A stretch of DNA of 63,980 nt, filler included, from Trypethelium eluteriae (taxonomy: Eukaryota): NCBI GenBank assembly GCA_051942245.1. It is 4 parts of 4 records of this genome, joined end to end, with 100 filler letters (N's around TTAATTAATTAA, not from the genome) between each part and the next. Parts side by side here need not be neighbours in the genome. Positions count along the whole stretch, not along the records: positions 49,701 to 63,980 come from JAVECL010000695.1; 3 more parts are not named here. One strand, written 5' to 3'. The notes beneath the pieces were generated by a model. It was given only the letters and a program-made list of their open reading frames with translations, had not been told where the DNA came from and searched no databases. Position 1 is the stretch's first letter. Each line of letters starts with the position of its first letter. Positions 62,763-63,980 of this stretch are shown one piece after another. A program made the position numbers and the translations under genes.

Positions 62763-63072
62763 GGGAGGGCCTGGAAGCGTGCAGTGGTTGTGACGTAGGA
62801 CGCCAGACGAGGAGGGAAGGGGAGGGGAAGATGGAAGAAGAGTGGCTCAACGATGGTGTATACAAGCTTCAAATTCATGGAAGGGGGGAAAAGCTTTACT
62901 TGTTCGGTTCGAGTACGCGCATCTTTGCACAGAGCCACCTAAGCGAAATAATTAGATTACATATTGTGAATTCGGTGCAAGAAAGGCTGTATGAATTGGA
63001 ATTGGATCATATGCGTCTCCTACTGAATGCATCTCATTTGACATGGACTGATTGAGAAATGCGGTTTGCAGT

Positions 63073-63382
63073 TCATGTCGTAAACCTTACAGTTGCACCT
63101 ATAACGCGAACCTCGTATCCGGCTGGAACTGTGTTTTCCCCGTCCTCGTTTTCGTTGCTATACACCCAGAATGGTGGAGAACCCACGGGCATCTCCGGAT
63201 CATATACCATAATCGATTTGCCTTTACCTTTGACCTTTCTCTCATGATCCACACCGTCAAAGAGCTTAACTCCAATCCATTCATCTTCCCCAGCAAGAGC
63301 TTTGTCTCCAGTCTAGCAATACGTCTGAGTTAGAGCTTAAAGGCTTCTCTCTCCATCAGGTATTTATTTTATGTACAGACAT
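63073..63382 (-). CDS. Putative 81-aa two-exon protein missed by the ORF track
   Basis: ATG TCT|GTACAT...TCTAAC...TAG|ACT (intron 63313-63376) opens MSTGDKALAGEDEWIGVKLFDGVDHERKVKGKG...VPAGYEVRVIGATVRFTT*. Confidence 0.5.
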
Positions 63383-63980
63383 GTTTGTAGCCTCACAGTT
63401 TGGAATGTGGGATTTGAGTAGGCTTTACGTCGTAGCTTTGTTTTCGTATAAAGTATTATGAGCTTCAGAGATATTCGTCAATCCCTATACTCGACTCCTT
63501 GACTGCTTAATATGTCCAGAACTTTTAGTTTCTAGGAGAGATGGCAAAGGTGTCAGGGATAGCGCTCGAAGCTTGAGAGGCCTTTACAGCGTGCGGGGCA
63601 CGAAAAGGCGCATAGTATCCCTCAAGAAAACAAAAAGCGGTCAGTAAGATTGAGATGGTAGCCCAACAACGCAAATCACTTCTTTCGGCAGCCAATCACG
63701 ATGGCGGTATTTATAATGCACCTTGATCGAGCAACGATGTGGTCCAAACTATGCGTTCTGCACATTGCTCGTGCTCAAAGTTTGAGATGGCATAGATTCC
63801 GGCCACATCAAGTCCAATCGGCACCCTTACGTCTTCCCAAAAACAGTTTTCCACAATCTGGGAATATGATACATCAACTCCTTCTAAAACAACCCAGGCG
63901 CTATGAACCTTCCAAGTCCACCCAGTAGCACACTTTCTCCCCTTCATTTGAAAACAAGCCATGTTCCCTCCCCTCCCCTC

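Noticed and set aside
1..63980. CRISPR arrays, rRNA, intact mobile elements or a secondary-metabolite synthase cluster
   Set aside because: None seen; eukaryotic gene-dense DNA with no repeat-spacer arrays, transposase, PKS or NRPS motifs.

Overview
Intron-rich fungal nuclear DNA (filamentous ascomycete, Pezizomycotina; Dothideomycete-like by protein similarity, which is an inference). The window is four contigs joined by artificial 100-bp N44-TTAATTAATTAA-N44 spacers and apparently ordered by decreasing length, so synteny across the spacers cannot be assumed. It holds about 30 protein genes, mostly housekeeping (MAK21, mitochondrial ProRS, ACL4, GIR2, YPT1, GGC1, EDE1, BET1, MAK5, TRM7, ADHFE1-like, CYB5). 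It also has an aromatic-catabolism cluster (peroxisomal acyl-CoA dehydrogenase, hmgA, fahA, CYP504/phacA), a Zn2Cys6 regulator behind about 6 kb of non-coding DNA, and a secreted carboxylesterase. The most striking signal is a tRNA-Thr(UGU) gene at 48764-48954 (-). It forms a proper 72-nt cloverleaf only after removal of two GT...branch-point...AG spliceosomal-type introns (acceptor stem and T arm) plus a canonical anticodon-loop intron. The second is a nested [D3,4]-type spliceosomal twin intron in YPT1. Gene names come from recalled protein motifs, not database searches, and splice coordinates were read by eye.
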